Positions 1 through 10,735 of a stretch of 64,000 bases of DNA are shown here, piece after piece. Position 1 is the first letter of the stretch; each line of letters starts with the position of its first letter. The stretch is from Thecamonas trahens ATCC 50062 (taxonomy: Eukaryota > Protista > Apusomonadida), in the NCBI RefSeq assembly GCF_000142905.1, contig NW_013657625.1:35690-99689 (forward strand), written 5' to 3'. The notes under the pieces were generated by a model, which saw nothing but the letters and a program-made list of their open reading frames with translations, was not told the DNA's origin and ran no database searches. The position numbers and the translations under genes are program-made.

Positions 1-1003
1 AAGTGAGAAGCGGCGAGCCTCTGCTCCCGGCTGTTCTGGAGCCGGAGCCGGCTACCTTGGGATCGGTCCCGATAGCCTTTGGGCCGGTCTCGGCTGTCAT
101 GGGGCCGGATCGCGGGCGGAGGAGGCGCGATCGGGTGCTGCCCAGGAGCGAGGAGCGGGCTGCGGCGGATTCGACGGGTTTCTGCGCTGCAGACGCCAGA
201 TTATACACCGAGAGATCCGGAGGCCGCCGCACAAGCGCACAGTGCTGGCGCGGAATGTCAAAGTCGTACCAGAGGTCCACCGCTGGCAGCGCGTCACCGG
301 GCGATGGGGCAGTCGGTAGGCGGTGCGTGAGCTGAACCGGGTCGGGCGATGCCATGCTTGCTGGCGAGGCAGCGCCCTTGGCAGCGCCTTTTTTCTTGCC
401 CCGCTTGCCCTTTCGGCGGCCCTTCTTGCCGGTCTTGCCCGAGAACGCCACAGCCTCTGCCACTGCTGTCTCGTAGGCGGCAAAGACAGCGAGCTTGTCG
501 GCAGCCGGCGCGTCGACGGTCGCGTTGTTGCGGGCGCCCACCGCCGACGATACCGCAACGCCAGCACCATACAGTGATGCCGCATCGTCGCAAAGCTCGT
601 TCTCTGGTGCCCGCTCGCCGTTGTACAGCGCGATGTTCCGGACCGAGTTGCCGTGCTTCCGCACCAGGAACCGCTTGATCTCCGCCACTGTCGCCGCCAG
701 ATTCACCCGCTTGGTCCACACAATGCCCTGCGGGAAGACCAGCCTCAGTCTCAGCTCGACCCATGTTGAATGTGGCAGCGCAAGCGCCGGTCGCTCATAC
801 GCCGGTGGTGGTGGCGTCACAGGCTCCTCCTCTTCGGCGCCTGCCTGCGGGTCATCACCTCGTTCAAGCCCGGCATCGACCTCGTCGACCTTGTTACCAC
901 CACCACCATCGCCACCAACACCGCCCCCATCACCACTCCATTGTCCATCGCCACCACCGCGTCCATCCCATCGCCCATCAGCCGCCGTATGACTGCTCGC
1001 CAT
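1..1003 (-). CDS. Hypothetical protein with a probable ubiquitin-like domain (3' end runs off the window)
   Basis: Manually translated open frame from ATG at 1003 (MASSHTAADG...) to the window edge with no stop, so it is absent from the ORF track. Segment WVELRLRLVFPQGIVWTKRVNLAATVAEIKRFLVRKHGNSVRNIALYNGE resembles a beta-grasp/Ubl fold. Basic patch GKKGRRKGKRGKKK. Confidence 0.55.
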   Translation of the reverse strand, partial: MASSHTAADGRWDGRGGGDGQWSGDGGGVGGDGGGGNKVDEVDAGLERGDDPQAGAEEEEPVTPPPPAYERPALALPHSTWVELRLRLVFPQGIVWTKRVNLAATVAEIKRFLVRKHGNSVRNIALYNGERAPENELCDDAASLYGAGVAVSSAVGARNNATVDAPAADKLAVFAAYETAVAEAVAFSGKTGKKGRRKGKRGKKKGAAKGAASPASMASPDPVQLTHRLPTAPSPGDALPAVDLWYDFDIPRQHCALVRRPPDLSVYNLASAAQKPVESAAARSSLLGSTRSRLLRPRSGPMTAETGPKAIGTDPKVAGSGSRTAGSRGSPLLT

Positions 1004-1079
1004 GGCGCCAATGCCGCGCCGTTGTCGACGTTGTCTACGTTGTCAACCGTTGGCTCCGCCCACCCGTGGAGAAACCACC

Positions 1080-1176
1080 CAGCAGCAGCAGCAGCAGCAG
1101 CAGCAGTAGCAGCAGAAGCAGAAACACAGACAGAAACCGATACACACACAGACGCCGACACACACACACACACACG
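1080..1176. repeat. (CAG)n followed by CA-rich microsatellite
   Basis: agcagcagcagc... then acacacacagac...cacacac, seen directly. Confidence 0.9.
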
Positions 1177-1382
1177 TAGGATGCACTACTTGGAGAGCAA
1201 GAGAGAGATGTGAATGGTGAGACGGGCCACGGACTGGCCACTCTCCAAAGCGCCGTCAAGTGGTCGCTGACTGTGTCCCCTCACCGCCATCACCACGGAG
1301 CCCATCCCAAGCCAATCGAAGCCCCTGGCACACCCTTATAGCCATCCATACCCTCACCCTTCTCCCTACCCATCCACTATAT

Positions 1383-1420
1383 CCCCATCACCCCCATCAC
1401 CCCCATCACCCCCATCACCC
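1383..1420. repeat. 9-bp tandem repeat (CCCCATCAC)n abutting a gap
   Basis: About four copies directly before the N-run. Confidence 0.85.
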
Positions 1421-1520
1421 NNNNNNNNNNNNNNNNNNNNNNNNNNNNNNNNNNNNNNNNNNNNNNNNNNNNNNNNNNNNNNNNNNNNNNNNNNNNNNNN
1501 NNNNNNNNNNNNNNNNNNNN
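1421..1520. other. Assembly gap (100 N)
   Basis: N-run. Confidence 1.
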
Positions 1521-1664
1521 CCCGTTTTCGATTGTGCGTGCACCGTCCGTGCTGCCTTGCATACCCCGTTCTCCCTCCCCACGCACCCCACGCACCCCAC
1601 CGCTCCCCCCCCCCCCCCCTCCCCCATACCCACCACTCCTGCACACTCCACACTCCCTCCACTC

Positions 1665-4600
1665 ATGGCTGATTCGGCTCCTTCAGCATCGCCCTACCGC
1701 ATTGGGGCGGCGCTGGGTGCCACTCTGGCCACACACCCGCAGTCACCAGAGCCGTTGTCCCTCGCCGCCACTTCGCCTGTCCCGCCGGCTGTGTCGCCCG
1801 TTACGGCCTCGCTCCCCGCCCAGGTACTGGGCTCGGCTATGGCTGCCTCCCGCGGTCAGGGAAGTGTGACTGCGGGTGCGTTTTCTGCTATGGCTTCGGC
1901 TATCGAGCTCGATCGCAAGGAGCAGACCATCGCTGCCCTGAGAGCCCAGGTCGCCAAGTTGGAGGCCTACCAGGATCGGGCCGAGCACCTGCAGCGGCGG
2001 ATGGAGTCGGTCGAGGCTGCAGCCCGCCAACGCGAGACAACCACTCTGGCTCGGAATGCAGAGCTTGTGGCCAAGATCCGCCACTACGAGGAGAACGAGG
2101 CCCGGATTGAAGGCCAGCTCGCCTTCCTGGAGGAGGCCCGTATTCGCGAGACACAGCGGTACCGCGCAGAGCTGGATCGCCTCCAGGCTGGGCTGGACGA
2201 CGCAAGATCGATTGCGGCGGCAGCCAAGGCTCGCGTGCCAGCCGATGAGGCCAAGATCCACGAGCTCAACACCCTGCTGGACCGCGCCAAGGAGCGTGAG
2301 GACGCCCACCTCCGCCACACCTCCAAGCTCCAGGACGAGGTTGCCCAGCTCCGCAAGACGCTTCGCGACCATGACAGTGATCTCGTTGCGCGTGCACGCG
2401 AGCTCCGCGACGAGCGTGATGCCCACGAGCGGACACGCAAGGCGCTGGCAACGGCCGAAGATGGGCTTGCCCGCTCGCAGTCGACCCACCAGCAGCTGGC
2501 CGCCGAACTCGGCGAGGCCAACGGCCGCATCGACTCGCTCACTCAGCAGCGCGATGCAGCCGCGGCTGCTGCAGCTGTCGTTCCCGAGCTCCGGGAAGCT
2601 GCCGCCCGTATTCCGGTTCTTCTTGCCGACGTCGCTGCCGCCACCGCCCGCGCCGACGAAGCTCGCGCCGAGGCTGAGGCTCTCGAGGCACGGCTTGCCG
2701 CCACCAACTCGGAGCTGCATGCTGCCCGCGACACCGCCGCTGCAGCACAGCACGAACTAGACACGTTCCAGAGCCGCTACGTCCGCCCGCTCTCGCCGTC
2801 GTCCGAGCTCTCCAAGCTCAAGGCAGCGCACGAGAACCTGGCGCTACAGGCAGCCGAGACGTCTGAGGCACTAGCTGCTGCGCAACGCAAGGTTGCCGAG
2901 ACCGAAGACGACCTCGCGGCGGCAGCTGATCTTCGAAGCGTCATCGACGCCTCGCTAACCCGGGCACTCGCCATTCTTCAAGACACTGTCGACGCAGGCA
3001 TCCGCGGCGACGAGGTGAGCAGCGAAGCCGGCAAGAGGCTGGAGGATATTGTCCGTGACGACGCGCTGCTTGGCCAAGTTGGTCCCATGGTTTCTGGCCT
3101 GCACAACCGAATCAGTGATGTACTCGCCAATCTGAGCTCGGTCCGAAAGGCCAACCACGGTCTCAAGCTCGAGGTCGATACTCAGACTGCCGAGCATCAG
3201 GCGACACGGCACAAGCTAGCCGAGACCGAAGCGGCCCTGGTCAATGCCCAGACCGAGCTGGCCGAGGCCGGCGAGCTTGCCGAAGCTCGCCATGCCCGCA
3301 CAACCGCGCTTGAATCGCAGCTTGCCGAGCTGGCCTCGGTCTCGGCTGCCGACTCGGGCCGCAATGAGTCGCGGCTGCAAGCGCTGTTTGCGGTTGTCAC
3401 CGCGCTGAGCAACGTGGCGTGCTTGGCGTCGACGCCGCTTGCCTCGGCGCCGGCCCAGCCGGAGTGGAACACCGTCGTTGCATACCTCCAGGCTGCTCCG
3501 GCCCACCTTGGCCCGCATCTGGAGGACTTGCGCGCTCGCCACGCGGCGGCCGAGCAGGCAGCTGCAGATGCGCTGGCACAGGCTCGCACGGAGGCCAGTG
3601 TCGAGATGGACAAGCAAACCGCGTCTCAGGCCGCCATCCACGCTGCCGAAGTCGCGACGCTCAGGGATCAGATCCACGATCTCCGCGAGGAGCTGGCCCG
3701 CCGCGAGGCCGACATTGTGCGTGCCAACGCCTCGCGCGGCGTGGCCGAGCAGGCGGCTGAAGTTGCAGCGAGCGAGGCTGCTGTCGTCTCGTCGTCGCAC
3801 GGAGCGGCTCTGAGGATGGTTGAGCTGTTGGTGCGGGCGTATCGGGCGATGCGGCTGCGGAACAAGGAGCTCATTGCTCAGAAGCGGTTCCTCAGTGCGC
3901 AAGCGAGAAAGCTTGGCGCTGTGACGAGCTCCATTCACACGCTGCGGCTGGCTGTTGTTGGCCAGCTCACCGGTGAGACGCTCGAAGCGCCGAGTGGACG
4001 GCCACGGATCTCGTTCCGAGGAGCGGTCATTGCGGTCATTGCCGGGCATCGGTTGGCGCGGCTGGCGGTGGCATTTGCCGCTCGTGGTGCGAGTGTTGAT
4101 GACAATGGGCGGGCGGTGGTCGAGCTCGCGCCACCAGACCGGTCTCATGATCCCGAACGGGTGCCACTCCGACAGTTTATGGCTGGGTTAGCATCCGGCG
4201 AGAGGGAGGGCGCCGAGGGTGCAGGGCGTGATCTAGTCAAGCTCCTCGGCTACTTTGATGCCACGGGGGTCGACGAGGACCTGCACTTTTCGTCAATGCT
4301 CCTTGCCGCGCTGGCGTCTGGCCAAGTTGGGCACGCATGGTGGCGGGCCCAGATCGGGGCGCGTTCGCAGGGCACCGTCTCGGACGTGGCGGCGGTCTTT
4401 GAGCGCGACGAGGGCCAACCGCTCCGGCTGGACCCGGTGGCTCCGCTCCGTGGGCTGGCCGTAGTCCGTAAGACTGTTCTCGACCTGGTGACTCGACTCC
4501 AAATCGCCGAATCGGACGCCGCCGAGCTTGCAGCCGAGTTTACTCGGCTCGAGTCTGTGGCTGCCGAGGCTTCCGATGCCGCGACGAGGGCGACCAATGC

Positions 4601-5771
4601 TGAAGCTACCGTGGCCGAGGCGCTGGACGTGGCACAGTTGCGGGTGCGGACCCTGGAGAGCCAACTCGAGGGTTGTGTGGCTGCTGGGGAGTTGAGCGAC
4701 GCCCAGGCGCGCCTGGCTGATGCGGAGCGGCGGGTAGTGGCGTTGGAGGACGATGTGGCGCGGGCGGTGAGCGAGCGCGACGCGCGGGTGGCCGAGGCAG
4801 CCGAAGCGGTTGAGCTGGCTTCCAAGGCGCGGGCGCGGGCGCAAGAAGTGACTCGCGAGCACATTCTCGTGCAAGAGCGAGCGGTAGCCTCCAAGGCTGA
4901 GGCGCGGCGGCTGGAGGCGGCACTCGACGAGGAGCGCGACCGGGTCCGGTCACTGACTCAGCAGTTGCACGAGGCGCAGGTCGTCAACACACGGGTCCAG
5001 TCGGAGCTTGTGGCGGCACAGGCGTCGGCCGAGTCTCAAGCGCAGCTTCACCAGCGAGTGGCCGACGAGCTCGACGCTGCCCGCGAACAAGTCCGCAAAC
5101 TGGAAAGCGAGGCGGCGTCAACCAGTGCATCGGCGTCGGTCCACTCTGCACAGATGCTGCGGCTCAACACGCAGCTGGAAGAGACGCGGGCGGCGCTCGA
5201 GGCAGCGCGCTCGCGGGTCGGCGAGCTCGAACGCGAGGTGGCGCGGCAGGCTGCCAAGAGCAACGCGCTCGAGCAGTCGATGGTCGTCTCGCGTGACCAC
5301 ATGGCGGATCTTCACCGCGAGGCCATGGCGCGGCAGGCGCGGCTGGACGCGGCGTCGCGCGAAGCCGAGTCATTCCGCGACTTTCGTGCCCGGCTGGCGG
5401 CGACGGCAGGCCGTGCGAGCGGGCCGGCGCCGGGTGTGGCGACCACTCGCCGCGGCGGGCTGGGCAGCGAACTCTCGCCGGGCGACCTTTCGTTCAACGC
5501 TTCGGGGCTGGACGGGGCGGCGCTGCGGAGCTACGTTGCAGATCTTGATGCACAGCTTGAGAACCGCGCGCTCCGGGGCTCGAACATGCCGTCGCCGGTG
5601 CCTGTGGTGGCGTCGGAGCGGATGCGGTGGCGCGGGCGGGAAGAGGGCAGTGTGCGGGCGGGCGACGAGTCGATGATGTCGACGTCGTCGGCGACTGCGC
5701 AGATGCTGTCCGAGTCGCTGTCGTCTGCGCTGCGCAGCGCGGATCGTAGAGACCGTGGCGCGAAGGCGTAG
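1665..5771 (+). CDS. CCDC171: Long coiled-coil protein, CCDC171-like
   Basis: Within ORF 1260..5771; first plausible ATG after the gap is 1665 (MADSAPS). Extensive heptad A/E/L/R composition. Motifs ELIAQKRFL and ISFRGAVIAVIAGHRL resemble the conserved FRxxVIAVxAxxRL segment of CCDC171. Confidence 0.6.
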   Translation: MADSAPSASPYRIGAALGATLATHPQSPEPLSLAATSPVPPAVSPVTASLPAQVLGSAMAASRGQGSVTAGAFSAMASAIELDRKEQTIAALRAQVAKLEAYQDRAEHLQRRMESVEAAARQRETTTLARNAELVAKIRHYEENEARIEGQLAFLEEARIRETQRYRAELDRLQAGLDDARSIAAAAKARVPADEAKIHELNTLLDRAKEREDAHLRHTSKLQDEVAQLRKTLRDHDSDLVARARELRDERDAHERTRKALATAEDGLARSQSTHQQLAAELGEANGRIDSLTQQRDAAAAAAAVVPELREAAARIPVLLADVAAATARADEARAEAEALEARLAATNSELHAARDTAAAAQHELDTFQSRYVRPLSPSSELSKLKAAHENLALQAAETSEALAAAQRKVAETEDDLAAAADLRSVIDASLTRALAILQDTVDAGIRGDEVSSEAGKRLEDIVRDDALLGQVGPMVSGLHNRISDVLANLSSVRKANHGLKLEVDTQTAEHQATRHKLAETEAALVNAQTELAEAGELAEARHARTTALESQLAELASVSAADSGRNESRLQALFAVVTALSNVACLASTPLASAPAQPEWNTVVAYLQAAPAHLGPHLEDLRARHAAAEQAAADALAQARTEASVEMDKQTASQAAIHAAEVATLRDQIHDLREELARREADIVRANASRGVAEQAAEVAASEAAVVSSSHGAALRMVELLVRAYRAMRLRNKELIAQKRFLSAQARKLGAVTSSIHTLRLAVVGQLTGETLEAPSGRPRISFRGAVIAVIAGHRLARLAVAFAARGASVDDNGRAVVELAPPDRSHDPERVPLRQFMAGLASGEREGAEGAGRDLVKLLGYFDATGVDEDLHFSSMLLAALASGQVGHAWWRAQIGARSQGTVSDVAAVFERDEGQPLRLDPVAPLRGLAVVRKTVLDLVTRLQIAESDAAELAAEFTRLESVAAEASDAATRATNAEATVAEALDVAQLRVRTLESQLEGCVAAGELSDAQARLADAERRVVALEDDVARAVSERDARVAEAAEAVELASKARARAQEVTREHILVQERAVASKAEARRLEAALDEERDRVRSLTQQLHEAQVVNTRVQSELVAAQASAESQAQLHQRVADELDAAREQVRKLESEAASTSASASVHSAQMLRLNTQLEETRAALEAARSRVGELEREVARQAAKSNALEQSMVVSRDHMADLHREAMARQARLDAASREAESFRDFRARLAATAGRASGPAPGVATTRRGGLGSELSPGDLSFNASGLDGAALRSYVADLDAQLENRALRGSNMPSPVPVVASERMRWRGREEGSVRAGDESMMSTSSATAQMLSESLSSALRSADRRDRGAKA

Positions 5772-5804
5772 GAGCGTTCATTCAGCAGACGGAGGGAAAG
5801 TGCC

Positions 5805-8800
5805 TCAGATCGAGAGGTGGTCCGAGCCGTAGATAACGTTAAACCAGTTGTCCATCGAGTCGGTGGCCGACGAGCGGGCGTCGAGGAGACGCTCGAGCGA
5901 GGAGAGGCCCGAGTGCGGTTCGAGCTTGGAGCGCAGGTATGCTGCACGCTGCCACGGGGCGCCGGCCACAGCCAGCTGGTACACACGAGTAAACGCGTCC
6001 AGATGAGCGGCGACGCCGTCTGCGGCTGCAGCGAGGACCTGGCGTGCGGTGGCGTGCTCGCCACACTTGGCCTTGTACTGGAACCAGAGCATGCCATAGT
6101 TGGGTTCCGAGAGCGCGCAAGCGCGGAGGAGGGCTGGTGGCTGGGCCCACGGCGTGGCGAGGACCGACGCGGCGCCCTGCGGCGAGTCGGAAAAGACCGA
6201 GCCTTCCGAGAGGAGCGAGGAGAAGCGCGGCTCGGTGAGCATGGAGAGGAGGAGCGATTCGACGAGCGAGTCGCCGTACTGCGGAGTGAAGAGCATGGCG
6301 TACTGGAGGCACTTGCGGGCGGCGACTAGGTCGAAGAGCGGCGAGACCGGATTGAGATAGAGCCGCGCGCCTTCGCACCACACCTCGCCAGACTTGGGCA
6401 CCTGGCGGACAGCGGCGTGAAAGGTGGCCTTCTGGACGTCAAACGACGAGTAGGCGCGGAGCTGGATGAGGAGCGCCCAGAGGCGGCCGGTCGACGGGAA
6501 GACGGCGAGGGCGCGGAGGAGGGCATGGAGCGCCTCGTCGAGAAGGCCAGCGCGGAGCTCGAGGAGAACCAGCTCGAGATGCACCTTCCACCCGTCTTTG
6601 CCCGGGGTGAGCGCCGAGTGGAGGATGTCACGTGCCTTGGGCAGGTTAAAGTTGAACTCTTCGAGGCGGGCGGCCTCGATGAGGACGACGTGTCGGAGCT
6701 TGGCGGGAACGCATGCGAGGGCCTGTGCGACAAAGGCGCGGGCCGCGGGTGTACGCGAGCGCGAGAGCTCCATGCGGGCGGCATGGACCCAGACCTTCCA
6801 CACCAAGTTGGGCGGGCAGCGGAGGGCGGCGCGAGCAAAGTGCGAGAGCATCTCGTCCTCGACGCCGATGCGCATGAGGACGTGGGCGGCCGAGTGGTGG
6901 ACCTTCCACGCGAGCTCGCGCGAGATGTTGGCGAGCGCGGCCTCGATGGTGGTGAGCATGTTGGCCCGGGCGCCGGCAAGGTGCGGTGCCGGCGCCGGGA
7001 CAATGGGCGAGTCGCGCACAAACTCGTACGGCGGGTCAAGTGGCGAGAGTTTCGAGTGAGCGAGGACAGCCGAGTAGAGGAGCTCGTACACACGGAGCGC
7101 GCCAAACCAGAGCGGGCCGTACCGCGGATTTTCGCGGAGGCCACGCTGGATGACAGCAATGGCATTGGCGAGCTTGCCGGCGCCCAGCTCGGCCACGAGG
7201 GCCTCGTTGTACACCGGGCCGTACCAGGGGACTGCGTCCATGAGGTGGGCAAGGAGCGGGCGGACAGCGTCGAGATTGCCGGCGCGGACCTCAAGTAGGG
7301 CGCCCTCGAGAACCATTTTCCAGCAGTCGGCAATGGGCTGCTTGCGGAGCATGGCCAAAAGGGCACGTGCGTCGTCGAGCGAGCCGTGCTTCTCATGGTG
7401 GCGGAGGGCTGCGACAAAGAGGGCCTCGTCGAGCGGCGAGGCCGAGAGACCGGCATTGAGCAGGTCGAGTGCAGTGTCGTGCTCGCCCAGCGACTGCTCC
7501 ATCTTGGCGGCGGCGAGCCAGCCCTGCGGGTCGCCCGGCGCAGCGGTGTGGACCGAGGCGTACAGCTCGCGGGCGTCGTCGACCATGTTGAGCTTCTGCG
7601 CGGTGCCGGCGAGGTGCAGGTTGATGCGCCAGTGCATGGAAGGTGTGAGCTCGGCCTTGGCGCGGTTGGCGAGGGCGAGAGCGTCAGCAAACGAGCCCTG
7701 CTGGGTCGCCTCGCGGAACGGCTTGAGAAAGTTGGTCTTAAAGTTGGCCTTGGCCCGTGGCGTGAGCGGCGGCGGCGCGTCGACCGGGTTGGAGACCGGG
7801 ATGCGCGGCGGGCGCGGCGCAAGCTCGACCGGGCGCGGCGAGAGGGCAAGGGCGGCGGCCGAGGTGGCGGCGGCGGCAGCAGCGGCGGCGGCGGCGGTGG
7901 CTTCGCCGTTGGCCCCAACGCCGCCCTCGTCGCCGAGCGCAGGCGAGGTCCGTGGCGGGACCTTGGGTGCGAGCCCGTTGGTCTGAAGCAGCTGCTGCCA
8001 GGTAGCGGCGCTCTCCGAGGTGGAGCGGGTGACGCCCTTGGCATGCTCGGTGGCCGAGCCGGGCGCCGAGACTGACGAGGTGTGTGGAGCATGGCGGGCC
8101 GAGAGCGGGAGCATGGGGATGCCCGGGGGGCCGGTGCTTGCGTGGGCACCTGCCGACGAAAAGGCCGCACGCGCCGACATGGCGCGCGTGCCCTCGCTAG
8201 CCGGCGGGTGGTCGGCCCGCAACGTGTTGTTGCTCGACGACGACGGCGGAAGCGCGAGGCCAAAAGAGCTTGCGCTCGAAATGCCCGGCGCAAGGCCTTG
8301 GTCCAGCACCATCTGGTTTCCGGCTGACGAGCCGGCGTAGCGCGGTGAGAGCGACATGGCGCGCATACGGAGGTCGGTAGCCTCGTCGGCACCCGATGCG
8401 TAAGAGCCTAGCGGGGCGCCAAAGGCACCAAATGGGGCCGGTCCGCGGTCGGTGGCAGCGAGGACCGGCGGGACAACAAGCGGGGCGACCGGCATGGCGA
8501 GCCAGGGAATCTGCGGCGCAGCCGAGCCCGAGGGCGTGGGCGGGCCAGAGCCGAGTGGCTCGCGCGGCGAGGCGCCAGGCGTACCCGACGAGCGACGCGG
8601 CGACGACGGTCGCGAGCGCGAGGTGGACGTGCCCAAAAACGGATTGATGTTGGGGGCACGCGCCACCGAGGAGCGCGGCGAGGTCGAGGTTGACGCCGAC
8701 GCCGATCGGCGCGAGTGGTGCTCGACCGAGACCGAGCGAGCCGAGTAGGCATTGAACGTGGCGGCCGGCGACGAGGTCCGCGCCGAGCCCCAAAGCTCAA

Positions 8801-9608
8801 ACGCAGGCTCGGTGTCGGAAGACGAGAAGAGCGGCGAGGGTGGGCGGACAAACGCCGAGAGGTCGCCAGCTCCGGTCGACGCGCCGCGCCGGTGGCCGGC
8901 AATGCCGGCCGAGGCTGAGCCCGAGTCGGAAAAGGAGTCGCTGACAGAGTACGACGATGATAAAGGGAAGAGCGGCGGCTCAGTGTAGACGGCCGGATTC
9001 TCGGGCGCCGAGTAGCCATCGTACGAGTCCGAATCCGAATCCGAGTCTGATGACCTGAGCTCCGCGCGCGTGCCCTGCCCAAAGGTGTGCGGGGCTGCAG
9101 AGTACGCTTGCTCGCCGCCGCGGTCGGCTGCGCTGCCCCCAGCAGCAGCGGCCAGGCCGCCGGCCGACGACGGCAGCGACCGGCGGGCCGGCGCTAGCGT
9201 GCCGTGGCTCGAGCCGTGGATCGAGGCGAGCGGAACCGGCGGAACAACCGGAGGTATGTGCTGAGCGTTGTTGATGGACGACGACGAAAAAGAGGAGAGC
9301 GACGAGAGCTCCGCCGTGCTCTGAGTCGACGTTGTTTGCCCCTGAGGCGTCGGCGGCGAGGTCGTGGTCGAGCCACTGGCACCATAGCTCGCGGTAACGC
9401 CCCAGTCGGTGACGGGCGAATTGGGCTCGCGGGTGTGTCGTTTGGTCTCACTCGCCGCGTGACCGGTCATCTGGTTCCGGGCGGGTGCGCCGTGTTTGGC
9501 AGCGACTGCGAGCCACGGCGGGTCTGAGCGTGTGGCCGGGTGGATGGCCGGCGACGAGCGAGGCGGGTCGCGCGAGAGCGGAGGAAATTCGTCCATAACC
9601 ACAGCCAA
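5805..9608 (-). CDS. HAT/TPR-repeat protein (PRP6-like C-terminal repeats) with a ~600-aa disordered N-terminus
   Basis: 1267-aa ORF. Repeated helical motifs PQGWLAAAKME, WKMVLEGALLE, PRYGPLWFGAL, WKVWVHAARME, TGRLWALLIQL, PKSGEVWCEGARL, PQYGDSLV, EPNYGMLW. N-terminus is S/P/A-rich. Confidence 0.75.
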   Translation of the reverse strand: MAVVMDEFPPLSRDPPRSSPAIHPATRSDPPWLAVAAKHGAPARNQMTGHAASETKRHTREPNSPVTDWGVTASYGASGSTTTSPPTPQGQTTSTQSTAELSSLSSFSSSSINNAQHIPPVVPPVPLASIHGSSHGTLAPARRSLPSSAGGLAAAAGGSAADRGGEQAYSAAPHTFGQGTRAELRSSDSDSDSDSYDGYSAPENPAVYTEPPLFPLSSSYSVSDSFSDSGSASAGIAGHRRGASTGAGDLSAFVRPPSPLFSSSDTEPAFELWGSARTSSPAATFNAYSARSVSVEHHSRRSASASTSTSPRSSVARAPNINPFLGTSTSRSRPSSPRRSSGTPGASPREPLGSGPPTPSGSAAPQIPWLAMPVAPLVVPPVLAATDRGPAPFGAFGAPLGSYASGADEATDLRMRAMSLSPRYAGSSAGNQMVLDQGLAPGISSASSFGLALPPSSSSNNTLRADHPPASEGTRAMSARAAFSSAGAHASTGPPGIPMLPLSARHAPHTSSVSAPGSATEHAKGVTRSTSESAATWQQLLQTNGLAPKVPPRTSPALGDEGGVGANGEATAAAAAAAAAATSAAALALSPRPVELAPRPPRIPVSNPVDAPPPLTPRAKANFKTNFLKPFREATQQGSFADALALANRAKAELTPSMHWRINLHLAGTAQKLNMVDDARELYASVHTAAPGDPQGWLAAAKMEQSLGEHDTALDLLNAGLSASPLDEALFVAALRHHEKHGSLDDARALLAMLRKQPIADCWKMVLEGALLEVRAGNLDAVRPLLAHLMDAVPWYGPVYNEALVAELGAGKLANAIAVIQRGLRENPRYGPLWFGALRVYELLYSAVLAHSKLSPLDPPYEFVRDSPIVPAPAPHLAGARANMLTTIEAALANISRELAWKVHHSAAHVLMRIGVEDEMLSHFARAALRCPPNLVWKVWVHAARMELSRSRTPAARAFVAQALACVPAKLRHVVLIEAARLEEFNFNLPKARDILHSALTPGKDGWKVHLELVLLELRAGLLDEALHALLRALAVFPSTGRLWALLIQLRAYSSFDVQKATFHAAVRQVPKSGEVWCEGARLYLNPVSPLFDLVAARKCLQYAMLFTPQYGDSLVESLLLSMLTEPRFSSLLSEGSVFSDSPQGAASVLATPWAQPPALLRACALSEPNYGMLWFQYKAKCGEHATARQVLAAAADGVAAHLDAFTRVYQLAVAGAPWQRAAYLRSKLEPHSGLSSLERLLDARSSATDSMDNWFNVIYGSDHLSI

Positions 9609-9827
9609 GGCGTGAGAAACCGAGTCTTGGTACCGTAAGCCTCTTGCGGTCTGTGTCTATGTATGCCACAATCGTACGGCTCTGCCGTGTGAACCAGAAG
9701 CGCGGTTGAGCAGGCGGGGAGGGAGGGGGGGGGCGGGGGAGGAGGCCAATACCACCGCCAGATGCTCCGACTGCTGAGGTTCGCTGACGAACCAAAGACG
9801 TGGGCGAGGGGAGGGGCAATGCCCCCA

Positions 9828-10065
9828 NNNNNNNNNNNNNNNNNNNNNNNNNNNNNNNNNNNNNNNNNNNNNNNNNNNNNNNNNNNNNNNNNNNNNNNNN
9901 NNNNNNNNNNNNNNNNNNNNNNNNNNNNNNNNNNNNNNNNNNNNNNNNNNNNNNNNNNNNNNNNNNNNNNNNNNNNNNNNNNNNNNNNNNNNNNNNNNNN
10001 NNNNNNNNNNNNNNNNNNNNNNNNNNNNNNNNNNNNNNNNNNNNNNNNNNNNNNNNNNNNNNNNN
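9828..10065. other. Assembly gap
   Basis: N-run flanked by G-rich tracts. Confidence 1.
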
Positions 10066-10735
10066 CTAATGCGGGGGGGGGGGAGGGAGGAGGCACGAGA
10101 TGGAAGGGGTGGCTGCAGACGACCGTGCGCGGTGTTGGGTGGAGGTAAAGAGTGTGAGAGGGGTGGAGGGCGAGAGCAAGTAACGAGGTGAGTGGTGGCC
10201 GATGAAATGCCGATGGGCATGCTTTGTTCAAAATTGGCTGTAGGAGTGGTTGTGTGTGCGGAGGACACGGGCAGCGAATATAACGCCGGGCAAGCAAAAG
10301 AGGACCTACCGAGTCCACGTGTTGATGAGATGACTGGGTGGGGAAGATGACGGGAGAATGATGATGGTCTTTTATCAACATGGTAAGGGAGGGGGGGGGG
10401 AGGGAGGGAGGAAGCCGATAAAAGGGTAGTGCGGAAGTGTATTTGTTCTGTGATGTGGCTATGTGTCGGCCGGTGGACAAGAGGGGGGAAGGGGGCCCGG
10501 AGAGGGGGGGGGGGGGGGGGGGGGGTGGGGAAAGGTCGCATCACGTGATCAAAGTAAATTTGATGAATGGATTTGGAGAGAGCGGGAGAGGGAGAGGGAG
10601 AGGGGGGAGGGGGGGAGGGGGGGGGGGTGGGGGGTCGGTCAGGCTGTGTGGGCAGAGACGGGTTGTGGTTGGGGGGGGTTGTGGTGGGACGGCGACGGGG
10701 AGGGATTGACATTCCACTCTTGACCAATAGTGGCC

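Noticed and set aside
6326-8392. 688-aa R/P/S-rich alternative-frame ORF, and many similar overlapping ORFs such as 28499..30352 and 52386..53780
   Set aside because: Expected stop-poor shadow frames of high-GC3 genes; no recognisable motifs.
9467-10727. ORFs spanning N-gaps and poly-G/C tracts
   Set aside because: Low-complexity translations through unknown bases; not evidence of coding.
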